A program made the translations under genes and the position numbers. Below the pieces are notes generated by a model. That model saw only the letters and a list, made by a program, of their open reading frames with translations. It ran no database searches and had not been told where the DNA came from. Shown piece by piece: positions 26,146 to 37,646 of a stretch of DNA of 64,000 bases (its first letter is position 1; each line of letters begins with the position of its first letter). This stretch comes from Octopus sinensis (Eukaryota): contig NC_043007.1 of NCBI RefSeq assembly GCF_006345805.1, positions 59,148,001 to 59,212,000 on the forward strand, written 5' to 3'.

Positions 26146-28279
26146 GTTATACAGATGAAGCTGGCATATACATTGGATTATAGAGCTAAAGACAATATGT
26201 TTACTGCATCGACAATTTGTGTTCACACAACTCGACGAAATAGTATTTTCTATATTGTAACGACAAATATAATATTCATATAAACAAATTGCCTTCTTGA
26301 TAAGCAATTAATATTGTTCTTCAAACATTTATAAAATGCATCGATACACATTGATTTTTATATTTAGTGAAATTCCGACTCAAGAACTACATGCCTTCTC
26401 TACGAAGTGCCGCGTAAAAGTCATTTAATTACGTTTCCAAGGACTCCCAATAACCTCGGGGTACAAATTTGTTATGGATTATTACATTTCTAAGTTCCTC
26501 AGTGGGTGCTTATAAACTTCTCTTTTAAATTGGTTCTAGATATGGCGTTTACATCTTATGAACAAAACTAATTTCCGTTATAATAATTCCGGATTTAGAC
26601 ATGGTGAAGTCCTCGACTATAGGATCCTAAGATTCCCTATTCGGCAACTGTTAACAGAGAATAAGGCTGTTGTGACAACTGAACCTGGCAAGAATGCCAC
26701 TAAAACTATGCAGAACAAGTGCATGATGAAAGGGATGTGGCGTTTCTTCTTTAGATCTTTAAAGGTATGCCTTTGGTTATTTATTTCAGGATATTTATCA
26801 ATAGGAAAATAATATTGGAAATTAATTCTCGGTGATAATTGAATCTGAGATTGACTGTGAGGTACAAACAACAATGGAAATGTATGAAGTAGGGTACGCA
26901 AGGTGACAGCGTACCCCACTTCCTACGTTGTTGGCTTATAGCGGCTAGTCCTGTCTTCCCAACCTTTGCTTCGCGGACCTTTGCGTACCCTTAGTTCCTA
27001 ATACCCATTTAAATGACTGAGCCCTTAATAGTAGTTTGTTTTACTTTTCTAAATATAGCCCTCATAAAAGTGTAGCTTTTATTTCTTGTCCATTAAAACA
27101 ATATTTGGCGTGTTTGGTTTTCTTTCTGTTGATATAACTGGTGCATTTCACTAATATTCTTTCCTAGGTATTTGTATGTGAAGATACGCTTGTGCTGGTG
27201 TATGTGTGTACGTGTGTGTGTGTGAGTGATGTGTGAATGTCTGTGCACATGTGTGTGTGTGTGTGTGGTGTGTGTGTGTGTGTGTGCGTGTGTGTGTGTG
27301 TGTGTGTGTGAATGTACGTGCACGTGCCTGTGTGGGCGTGTGACGTCAGCTCAAATTCTTATGTCTCCGTCCTTCCTAGCTTAACGTACAACTTGCCGAG
27401 CAGAGGTCTATGACAGTAAGCGTTAAAGGAAATAATTACCATTATGACATTTTATGAATATTATATTTTTAACACACACACACACACACATACACCAGCT
27501 ACATAAATACCAACCAACAAACAAACAAGCAACACATAAAAATAGTTCTAGAATACGTTGCTATTAAATGTTCGTCTGCATGTATTAAATAAGCGTACAC
27601 ATGCGCGCGCACACTCACACAAATACACACGCATGCAAAACATACACAGACCCAAAGACACACACGCGCAGACATCTTTATACGCATACACGCAGAAATA
27701 TGTACAGGAGTTAAAACTACAATAAATTTGTGTGTGTGTTGTGTCTTTATATGTGTGTGCGCGCACGTTTGTGTGTGTTGTGTGTGCGTCACTCCCTGGA
27801 ATGTGTTCAAAAAGACCTGTTGCCTTAAAGAGAGAGTGAGAAGCGGGAGAGAAGAGAGAGAGAAAGGAAGGGGAACAACAGGACTTTCCGAACACATTCC
27901 AGCAAACGCAAGTGTATTGTGATCCATTTTTAACACGTAATGCCATCTGTAAATTATGAAATGAAATTGTTTGTTCCAAAATGAACGTATATCATGTTCA
28001 TTTTCGACGTCTAGGCGCCTGATGGCCAACAGCATTCCAAATGGGAAGGCAAAGAGGTAGATAGGAAGATGAAATAGCAAAATAAAAAGGGTACAGCGGA
28101 AAGAGATGAAGACTGGTTAAAGAGGTAAATATATTGCTTTTAGTTTGAACGTTCTTAACATATAACGTTTGATAGCCGAGTCTCAAAGTGGATAGAACTA
28201 CAAATAAGGCTATGTAAAAGAAAAAAGAATGTCCAGTTGTGTTTGAGGAAGACCATCACTGACCATGAAGAAAATCGTC

Positions 28280-29060
28280 GGATCTTTTCCCTTTGAATAG
28301 CAGATTGAGAATTTTTTTTTTTTTTCACTCAACACTTTCAAACTTCGGACACTGGTAGAATGTGTCATATAAAACATATTTTACTCTTAGCGTTGTTGAA
28401 AAACGTTTCTATTTTGGTAATTTCAACCAATCAATGACGTGTATTCAGCTGAATAAAATTACTGCCGTTGTTTGTCAACAACAACTATTGGCGGTGCATA
28501 TTTCGTTAGTCGCTGTTATTTATGACATCGTTCGTGCGTTTGTACTGGTTTTAGCTTTAAGGTTTTAGGGTTAGGGTTTTAGGGTTAGGGTTAGGGTTAG
28601 GGTTTTAGGGTTAGGGTTAAGGTTAAGGTTTTAGGGTTGGGTTAGGGTTGGGGTTTTAGGGTTAGAGTTACGGAAAAAAATTTTTAAATGAAGAAATTAG
28701 AAGGGTAGGGAGCAAAAAAGTCTTTTCGAAAATAGTAGCTGAAAAAGAGGAGAAAAAGAAACTAAAATTATGGTGGTGCCATGAAGTAAACATGCTTCAG
28801 ATACACTCGTTTATTCATACAAATGTAACTGAGATTAAATATGTCATAAATAACAGTGACAAATTAAATATATACCGCCGGAAGTTGTTGTTGACAAACA
28901 GCAGCCGTAATTTTATTCAGCTAAATAAACGTGATTGATTCGTTGAAATTATCGAAATACGACAACTTTAACACGAAATAAATTCGTAAATATAAACTTT
29001 TCTCAAAAATGCTAAGAGTAAAAGATGTTTTATATGACACATTCTACCAGTATACGAAGG
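28280..29060 (+). mobile_element. Fold-back MITE (GGATCTTTTCC end) with central (TTAGGG)-like tract, right end truncated
   Basis: Left TIR ggatcttttccctttgaatagcaga. Arms ctggtagaatgtgtcatataaaaca / tgttttatatgacacattctaccag are inverted. TTAGGG/TTTTAGGG repeats lie at ~28560-28670. Confidence 0.85.
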
Positions 29061-29274
29061 TGGATTAATAAAGTCACCATGTTCTAATACGAGAGGCTGC
29101 AGAATGTTACTTATTCTGCGAATAAAAATGGGATATGCACCAATATATATGTAAATTTCTATGTCCAATTGATTTAAAGTTATATAAATTTGCCTTGACT
29201 GATCATGTAAATAAAACGTAATCTCAAAAATTGTCCATAAATTATGTGCTATGTAATTATTGTGCAATCTTCAA

Positions 29275-29780
29275 CAACTGTTGGTTCTCTACAACATTCA
29301 AATGAGTCCAACGTGGAGTAGAGCACCCACATCTGGGAAGATGCTGCTACTGCGCACATTGACATCCTAGATAGCATCTAAAGAAGGGTCACTCGGCTGA
29401 CTGGTGCTCCATCGCAAGCAAACGGACTCCAACTTTTGGTCCACAAGTGAACTGGCTCTGTCTTTTTTATCGCTTCTATAATGGCCTCTACTTCTCCGAG
29501 CTGGTTGGTCTTGTACTTCCACCATTCAATCACTTCCGACCCACTCATCTCTCCACCTTTTGTCACACTTGGTGTATCCAACCCCTCTTTCCCTACACTA
29601 ACCATTATGCCAATCCTTCATCCCCAGAACATCAGATCTCTGGAATCTTCCCCCTCTATTTATGTATTTCCTGCAGGTATTGACCTACATTTTAAACAGA
29701 ACATTAACGGCAACAATCTCACTAGTTTCAGATGGCTTGCAAAGATCATTGGACTCTGCCCTTCCTCCAGATTCAGTTAA
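29275..29780 (+). mobile_element. CR1/L2/Daphne-group LINE, decayed ORF2 C-terminus
   Basis: Frameshifted ...HIWEDAATAHIDILDSI*RRVTRL and LCLFYRFYNGLYFSELVGLV (EY.SHIW, LD.IQRR, L.LFY.Y..G...EL motifs). Confidence 0.7.
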
Positions 29781-31899
29781 AATAGAACTCTACCAACAAA
29801 ATCCTAAATGGTCTACTTTATGTTAGTATGTTGGAAATAAAATAAATTCATCATCGTTTTTATACTTTCCAACAATTTGTAGGAAATAGCCTTTCTATTT
29901 CCTACAAATTCTACAGACCGCAATCATTTAAGTTATTGCTGTTGAGTCATGTCCGAACCGACCTATGATCAAATTCTTTCCAGTCGTGGCTATCTCGTCT
30001 CTTTACGTTTTTTTTTTTTTTTTTACATTATCAGACGTAAGGTCTCAAGAACTACATTATACAATGTGTCTTCCTTTTTTTAAGCATGTAGGGTGTAATT
30101 CGAAAGATGATTTCACTACTATTTTTAGTAGATCGAGCGACCATTTAAAGTTTCTTTTATTGGCTCGAGACCCCTTCGGTGTCATAGATCAGTATCTATA
30201 CGCACGACGAAACGGTACAGTCAAATAATATTGAAATAACAAAATGCGTATAAACCAAATTTAAAATCAAGCACACACGCGGATATGTTATTTAGCTTCT
30301 GAAAATGGTTCTGATTGAATAGACCTATGAGCAAACGAATTCCAACCGTGACCATTCCAATTTTTCTTTTCAATGCAGTGTACTCCGGACTACATTCTCC
30401 AATGTGTTTTTGTTCTTTTCTTATTTAACCATTTCGGTTGGTCAGAGGAGGAAGGGCAGCAACTATGGCTTTTTCAGGGCTTCAGGGACTGGTGGCATGA
30501 AGCCATCCACAGACAGGAGACCTAATTTGATGGTTCGTAAGAAAGTGGACTCTGCTAAATCCACCCATGGGTCAGGTGGTGACTTAAACGGGGGACGGAT
30601 CAAGTCAACCACAACCACCACTACCACCATGAATATCGCAAAAATAATAGTTGTATGGTAGGGTGTGATCTAGCAAGTCAAAGGAGCACGTAAGGGCACC
30701 CTCGAATTATACTATGGAAAAAATGTTTAGAACATGCTTTCATTAAGGAATTGGCAGTTTAATTGGTATTGTAAGATAGTCAAGAGAGTGGGGAATTGAA
30801 ATCTTCTAAAGAGCTTCAGAAATTGCCAGTATCAGTTTTGTCGCGACTATTATCGATATAACATGTCTGCAAAATACACAGAACAAATTTCTTGTCTTCT
30901 GCAAATAAAATCACTTATTTTGATGATGAAAGTGATTTAAGGTATATCCGTGAGGAACAAACAGTCTACATACCAACAAACTATTAATTTTGCCATACAT
31001 AAAGTCAACGTATTTTAGAAAAAGGTCGTGTCTTTTTCAAGGAAGCTATCAGCAGGACCTGCCTTACAGCTGCTGGCGCCTGGGGAAAGCTGGATTTTCG
31101 GCGCCATTACAAGTCAAGTGCATTTCTTTTCTTTCCTGTTCTTTCTTTTCTTTTCTTTTTTTTTTTTTGTAAATGTTCTTAGAGTCAAACTTACAGAAAT
31201 AAAATATTATTTTATTTACTTTTGGTTGTTTTTATCTTACCTTTATTTCGTAGATCCTAAAAGCATGACATGGTGCCTCCAAGCACATGATTTTCCGGGT
31301 GATTGCCCAAATTGCCGATACCTCCTACCCGACCCTATCAAATAACTAATGTGAATTCCCATCAAGCAAAAATAAAGTTGATAAAATAGTTTGCATTGAT
31401 ATTTATTCCTTCAATCAAGATAGAAATACCAATAAAAAATATTTTATAAGAAACATTTAAAAAAAATTTTACACTTCTTGACATTTCGAAAGATATTCCT
31501 TCATCACCACAAAAAATATAATAGACAATAACTTTTCTAATTTGAACAAGAAATATCAAATACCACTGGATCATCACAGGATAATTACAAATGCCATTGG
31601 TGTGCCACGTGATTATTACAAATGACACTGGATCATCATGTGATTAATTATAAATGTCTGGTTGGGTAAAAATTGCGTGAGTTTAACAAGGCTTATAACA
31701 AGCATGATGTTATAACAATAAAAAATAACAAATAGTTTTTTTTTTGTATGGAGAAATCAAAGAAGAAAGGCGGCCTTCACGACCTTTGCATGACCTCTGC
31801 AAAGAGAAAGAGGGAAAAGAAACTACGACTCATTAGTTGCCGCTAACAACTGCTTCGGCTTCAGGAAGTCAGTGTATATGGGGGAACATAGCAACAAAT

Positions 31900-32880
31900 A
31901 GGACAGCTTGAAGAGCCAAAGGTATCATTCCCTGGAAATCATCCGTAGAAAAGAAGTTGTATTCTTGAGGATATATTCTACTTTCACATTATCAGAAAGC
32001 TCTGTTAAGTTCATTGGGTGGTTTGGTGCATTGTCTAAAATGAGCAATACTTTTTTGGAAATACTATGTGGGGCACTGTACCTTTCTATAGCAAGGCAAA
32101 AAGAAAATTATTGTAAACCACTCTGCCAAAAGGCTCTTCTTATTTGATGGCTAAATCAGAGGCAAGTTAAACTTCGCATAATTCTTGAAAACTCTTGAAA
32201 TTTTTAAGTGATACACAAGTAGCGTCTTTAATTTCCTATCATCAGCGGTATTTCCACCCAGAAGAAGCGTTAGACGATATCTGGAAGCTTTAAATCCTGG
32301 TACTAAGTTTTCTTCTCGAAACATAAATGTTCTAGTAGTCATGAGCTTCTCGAAAAGTACTGTTTCATCAACATTATTTACTTACTCTGGTGTGTAGCTC
32401 CCTCTTGCAAACATTGTTTCAATTGCTTGGTATAATTAGTCGCAGCCTTTGCATCTGCACTTGCAGCTTCATCAGTTATTTTTACGTTGCGCAAATTCAA
32501 GCGCTTCTTAAATCTTTCAAACCAGCCTTTACGAGCTAGAAAAAGTTTTTGGATTAAAGTTGAACATTTCTGCAAATCGTTATACAAATTTTTGGCTGTT
32601 TTCTTTATAAACTATCATCGTGCTTATCGGCACAATGATGAGTCTGATCTTAGATCCATACACTCAAGAGCCGCTCTGTTTTAAACATCACATTAAATTA
32701 GATCATTGACAAAATAAGGTCAAAGTAGTTAAAAGAGTAATTTCTTAAGCATTTGACTTAATTTACTCATTAATGTTTTGGCAATGTGACTGATATTTTC
32801 TCCTGCATCAAGCCTTTTTAAAATGAAGTTTAATACCCAGCGCAATCCTTTTATGGTTCCAATGAACCTAACGATGGAAA
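31900..32880 (-). mobile_element. Decayed Tigger/pogo transposase
   Basis: Minus-strand fragments KRLDAGENISHIAKTL, FLARKGWFERFKKRLNLRNVKITDEAASAD, RTFMFREENLVPGFKASRYRLTLLLGGN and LILDNAPNHP. Confidence 0.9.
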
Positions 32881-33002
32881 TGAGAATAAGAAAGGAAGAA
32901 GGAATACTGTTGGAAGAACTGTTGCCTGCTGAAGAGTTACCAGGTCTATGGGCATTTGGTGTTGCACCTCTGACTTGGGACATAAAAACATAACACTCGT
33001 TT

Positions 33003-33039
<37 letters not shown>

Positions 33040-33100
33040 TTCACATATGCACACATACGCAAGTATGTATGTATGTATGTATGTATGTATGTATGTATGT

Positions 33101-33937
33101 CGGTATTTACTGAAGCGGAAATAGGGCCTATGGGACAATCTGCGTTCAGGTGCCACTTTCAACTCTCTTCTTGATCAATCTGATCAATTTTCAAGGTGTC
33201 ACCTACTTTCAGCCAGTGCAAAATTCTCAAGGGACTGGATTGATGCCCTGCCTGTGGCCAACATCGGAGGTCTACTCAGTCTAAATGAATTCCGCATCTC
33301 CATCGCACTCAGAGTGGGAACTGACGTCTGTAGGAGACTGAGATTCCGTTGTGGTAGAACCCTCGACCCCACAGGTCATCACGCTCTGTCTTGCCGCCTA
33401 AATGCTGGTCACTTCGCTTGTCACACCAAGCTAAACCTAATCATTAAGCGAGCCTTCGCTCGGATTAAAATCCCCCCAGTTCTGGGGCCGTCGGGGTTAT
33501 CCAGAAGTAATGGAAGGAGACCAGATGGTCTTACTCTCTGTGCCTGGGTTACAGGCAGGTGCCTCATTTGGGACGTCACAGTCTGCGATTCCTTTGCTCC
33601 CTCCCACATCCTGGATGCTGCAGTTAATGGGAAGGTCACTGTCAAGTCCCGTAGCCGAACGGAAGAAAACCCTGAAATATCGGGACTTGACAGTGAACTA
33701 TCTCTTCCAACCTGTTGCATTCAAAACGTTCAGAGGGACTAGGCCACTAACCGCGAAGTTCTTACAATGTTGGTAGCTCGCTTCACCGAAGTGTTAGGTG
33801 ATGCCCGTGAGGGCGATTGCCTTTTCCAACGCCTTAGCCTCGCCATCACTCGTGGCAATGCTGCGAGCGTGTTGGCTTGCTTCACTTGATTCCGTTAAAC
33901 CTTGTGGTGTCCGATCAGTTGCTGTGATAAAAAAAAA
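33101..33937 (+). mobile_element. 5'-truncated CRE-clade non-LTR retrotransposon (RLE domain) with poly(A) tail
   Basis: DWIDALP..FRISIALRVG..CG...GHHALSC...GRRPDG...WDVT...KYRDL...FQPVAF...LFQRLSLAITRGNAASV. An A-run lies at 33929-33937. Confidence 0.85.
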
Positions 33938-34829
33938 TTCCCTCTAAATGGTTTCAATACAGTTTTGACAGAAAGATTTGGAAGGAATAAATGAAAGTTC
34001 TTCGGTAATTTTCTTTCATATAAATAAATGTTTATGTCAATTTAAAAGTTTGCAAACAATTAACTGATTTCATTTGTGTGCACCCGTGTGTGAGTTTGTG
34101 TGTATTTAGACAGAGGCCAGGGTGGCAGACAAACAATAACAGAAGAGCAATTATACAATGAGATGCGCGAAAATTAGCTCATTGTCTCCGTTATTTATGA
34201 ATTTGTTTAGTTACTTTGAAGCAAAATAATAATCTGGAGTTAATTAATGAAATCCTCAGCTCGCTCGATTATATTTCTGCTTGCTTCTTTTTCATTGCGT
34301 GCGCGCATGTGTGCTTGTTACTCACGATCTATACACTCATTACGTTCTGGCGAGAGTGCTGGTAGCACCTCCTTGCAAGTGTTGTGATCGCACCAGGGTG
34401 ACGGCTAATATCAAGGGAGCGCTACGGAAAACGCTGGGTGTTTAGCGCTGAGTCGTGATTTTCCTTAGTAATAAAATATTTAAAGCAGATACAATATTTA
34501 TATTTTAAACACAATTTCAAAAAAAAAAGAAAAGAAAGAAAGAATAAGAAAAGAAAAGAAAAAAAAGAAAAAGGAAAACTGGGGATTAAGTATGAATCAT
34601 ACATTGTTATCGGTGACTAGAAAACGTGACTGATGATGTGCCGAGGCCCAATAGGATTTTGTAATGCGAGTCTTTTCCTTCTTTAGTAATTTCCATAAAT
34701 ATTTCACATAGAAAGAAGTAGTCCATGCAGATATCTAAAAGGAAGCAAGAACGAAATGAGATAATTGAATTACTGGTGAATCACTGTGTAGAATTATCTT
34801 CAGTTTGATTAATCGTGTCTTTTATCTAT

Positions 34830-35353
34830 TACGTGTTACAGCCATTTTCACTGCGGCCATGCTGGAGCACCACCTTGAATAGTTTTAGTCTAACAAATCG
34901 ACCCTAGAACTTTATGTTTTAAACCTAGCACCTCTACGGGCACGTAAACTAACACCGGTTGTCAAGAGGTGGTGTAGAACGCGCGCGCGGACACACACAC
35001 ACGACGGACTTTCAGGTTCTTATTTCTTTATTGCCCACAAGGGGCTGAACATAGAAGGGACAAACAAGGATAGACAGAGATTTAGTCGATTACATCGACC
35101 CCAGTTCGTAACTGATACTTAATTTATCGACCCCGAAAGGATAAAAGGCAAAGTCGACCTCGGCGGAATTTGAACTCAGAACGTAGCGGCAGACGAAATA
35201 TCGCTGAGCATTTCGTCCGGCGTGCTAACGTTTCTGCCAGCTCACTGCCTTTCAGTTTCAGACGGACTTTCAGTTTCTGTCTACCAAATCCACTCACAAG
35301 GCTTTGATTGTGGTTGGGAAGCAAGCTACCTACCATACAGCCACGCCCGCGCC
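34830..35353 (-). mobile_element. SINE family A with a nested family B SINE
   Basis: actgcggccatgctggagcacc...ccggttgtcaa...caaatccactcacaaggcttt...ttgggaagcaagct..ccatacagccacgc. Confidence 0.8.
35021..35260 (-). mobile_element. SINE family B with ~18 bp target-site duplication
   Basis: Flanked by gacggactttcag(g/t)ttct at 35003-35020 and 35261-35278. Minus-strand head gagctggcagaaacgttagcacg...GAGTTCAAATTCC. Confidence 0.85.
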
Positions 35354-36322
35354 TATCTAATATAATTTTTTCCTTTTCTATTTATTTTTGCAAAGCGAGA
35401 GGAGAGATCGTTTATAAAACATCATTTGGTGAAAGAAGGGCGTTGAGTTATAAAAATGCTGGGTAACACTATTCTTAGAGCCTGAAACTATCTCACACAC
35501 GAGTGCAAATATTAAATGGATTTTTGTAAAAGAACAGTAGATTGTAGTAATAATATATTTCGACAAATATATTCTTGCACACAATCTCCTTTACCTGAAA
35601 TAATTTGCAGCAATTCTCTCCTAAGAACTTTCAAAACGGCACAATTTAGTTCCTTATTATATCCGCATATTAAAGAAAAACTTTATTGGTGGACGACTAG
35701 CTATGAGGAAACAACACACTTGTGCAGGAGAAAGATACGTACGAGAAGAGATACGCATGCTACCCTAATAGCGAATGCTCGTAAAAAATACATAGGCAAA
35801 GCACACTTACAGAAAGACTACTCCATTTCATCTTTGCGCAACCCCACTAGATTCGTTCGATAGCTGCAAAGCACATGTATAATTATTACTATTTTCTTCA
35901 GTTGTATATAGCCGTAAGGCTTCGTGCTGTTATATATGTATAATTCTTCGTCTGTTGTATTTATATAATGTCTTGTTTGTTTCTGACTTAGTATACATTC
36001 CCTAGCTTTTACCCAGTAGTTTAATAACAGTCTTAGCGCCTCCAAGATTGAGTGGTCTCAATGGTAATGGCGTGAAACCACTATGATATTTTGGGTCATT
36101 GACTGATATTTTGGGTCATTGCGAATATTCCGTGTCTCGTATCTTTGTCTATATTTCCCGTCCGTTACGCTTTCGTCTAGTTTCCCGTTTGCTCTGCTCT
36201 CGTCTCACTTTTTTTTTGTTGTGTTCTGTCTGTTCAACCCTTGACACATAAGATATATATATATTTATAAAGATTTGCATATATTGAGAAAGAGAGGATA
36301 ATAACAAACACACCTGGATACA

Positions 36323-36367
<45 letters not shown>

Positions 36368-36374
36368 ACACACA

Positions 36375-36535
36375 CGACGGGCTTCCTTCAGTTTCCGACT
36401 ACCAAATCCATTAACAAGATTTTGGCGGGCCCGAAGCTTATAGTAGAAGACATTTACCCAAGGTGCCATGCAGTTGAACCGAACCTGGAATAATGTGGTT
36501 GGGAAAGCAAGCTTCTTATCACATAACCACACCTC
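36375..36535 (-). mobile_element. SINE family A, 5' part
   Basis: cgacgggcttccttcagtttcc..ccaaatcca...agaagacatttacccaaggtgcc...ggttgggaaagcaagcttc. Confidence 0.8.
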
Positions 36536-36989
36536 CCCAATAAAAAAAAATTATGTCAGATTTTCGTAAAAGTAATTTTACACACGCTCGCTCGAAGTTT
36601 ATGGATTTATTAGTGACGTTTAAGTAATTAAAGTTTACTGTTACATCTATAAATTGTACCGAATCTCATAATACAAGAATCTCGAACCAGAACAAGGAAG
36701 ACTACTTCTGCCGACAATGGTGTAGTTGCTTCCTACCTTGTAGCCACAGATTCCACCACCTGTTGTAGCAACTTCACTCAGTAGCTCTCACCAGCCAGTC
36801 CTATTCAATAGCAGCCAATCGCAGTCCTAGCCAGTAGCAGCCAGTCGTAGTCGGTAGCCTTCAGTTCCACCACGTGATCTGAAGCTGTCGATGAGAACTG
36901 TTCTCAGTCATCCAGTGACAACTAATCTTATTTAGAATTCGTGACAGCTGTGTCACAACCAAGTATCTGATCACATAATTAATATGAAT

Positions 36990-37512
36990 AAGGGTAGGGC
37001 AGAGAGGACGGACGTCTTAGAAAAATTCACAAAATCATTAATTTTAACTGCAAACAAATTTTATTGACATCGGTGTGTTCGTATTCAATTAGCATTTGTC
37101 AAAATCAAGTGTGGGAAACAACATTCATCATGTGGTGTTCTTTTTCATTGATGCATTTATGAAAGCTTGTCTGACACGTTTCACATTTTCCTATTCATTA
37201 GTGTACCCCGTGTACAAAGTGAATTCACCCAACGTAAGATTGTGTTACTGATGGGAACAGCCTGATTTCGGTGAATGTTGAAGCGGTGCCGAAATTCACA
37301 CTGAACTGCTGTGACAGACTCGTTATTCTTCACGTAACTGTCGTAGGCAAACATGCGACACTCTATCGCCCACAGCGCTGTGGCTTTACCTGAAAAGAAA
37401 AGAAAAATGGTAAGACGCCATGGACCGAATGGTACCTGCCTGACATATGTCCCTACCTGTAGGGCAGAGTAATAGCCATTTCAAAAACGTTCGTCCTCTC
37501 TGCTCCACCCTG
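36990..37512 (-). mobile_element. Internally deleted Tc1/mariner-superfamily element (DUF4817-like HTH N-terminus)
   Basis: TIRs agggtagggcagagaggacggacgt / acgttcgtcctctctgctccaccctg|TA. Minus strand encodes WAIECRMFAYDSYVKNNESVTAVQCEFRHRFNIHRNQAVPISNTILRWV. Confidence 0.8.
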
Positions 37513-37646
37513 TATAAACTGTGATAGTTGCATTGGGTTGCTGATTTAGTATCCTATATGTATATACAACTCTCAAAGGAAGTCTCAATCAACCACGTGG
37601 AAATCACGAGAAGAGAGATGAAGTAGCTGGCAGCCATAAAAAAGGG

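Noticed and set aside
27341-27348. Perfect CRE site TGACGTCA
   Set aside because: A single 8-mer in 64 kb is expected by chance, with no supporting promoter context.
28557-28670. True telomere or chromosome fusion site
   Set aside because: Short, degenerate, single orientation and embedded in a MITE.
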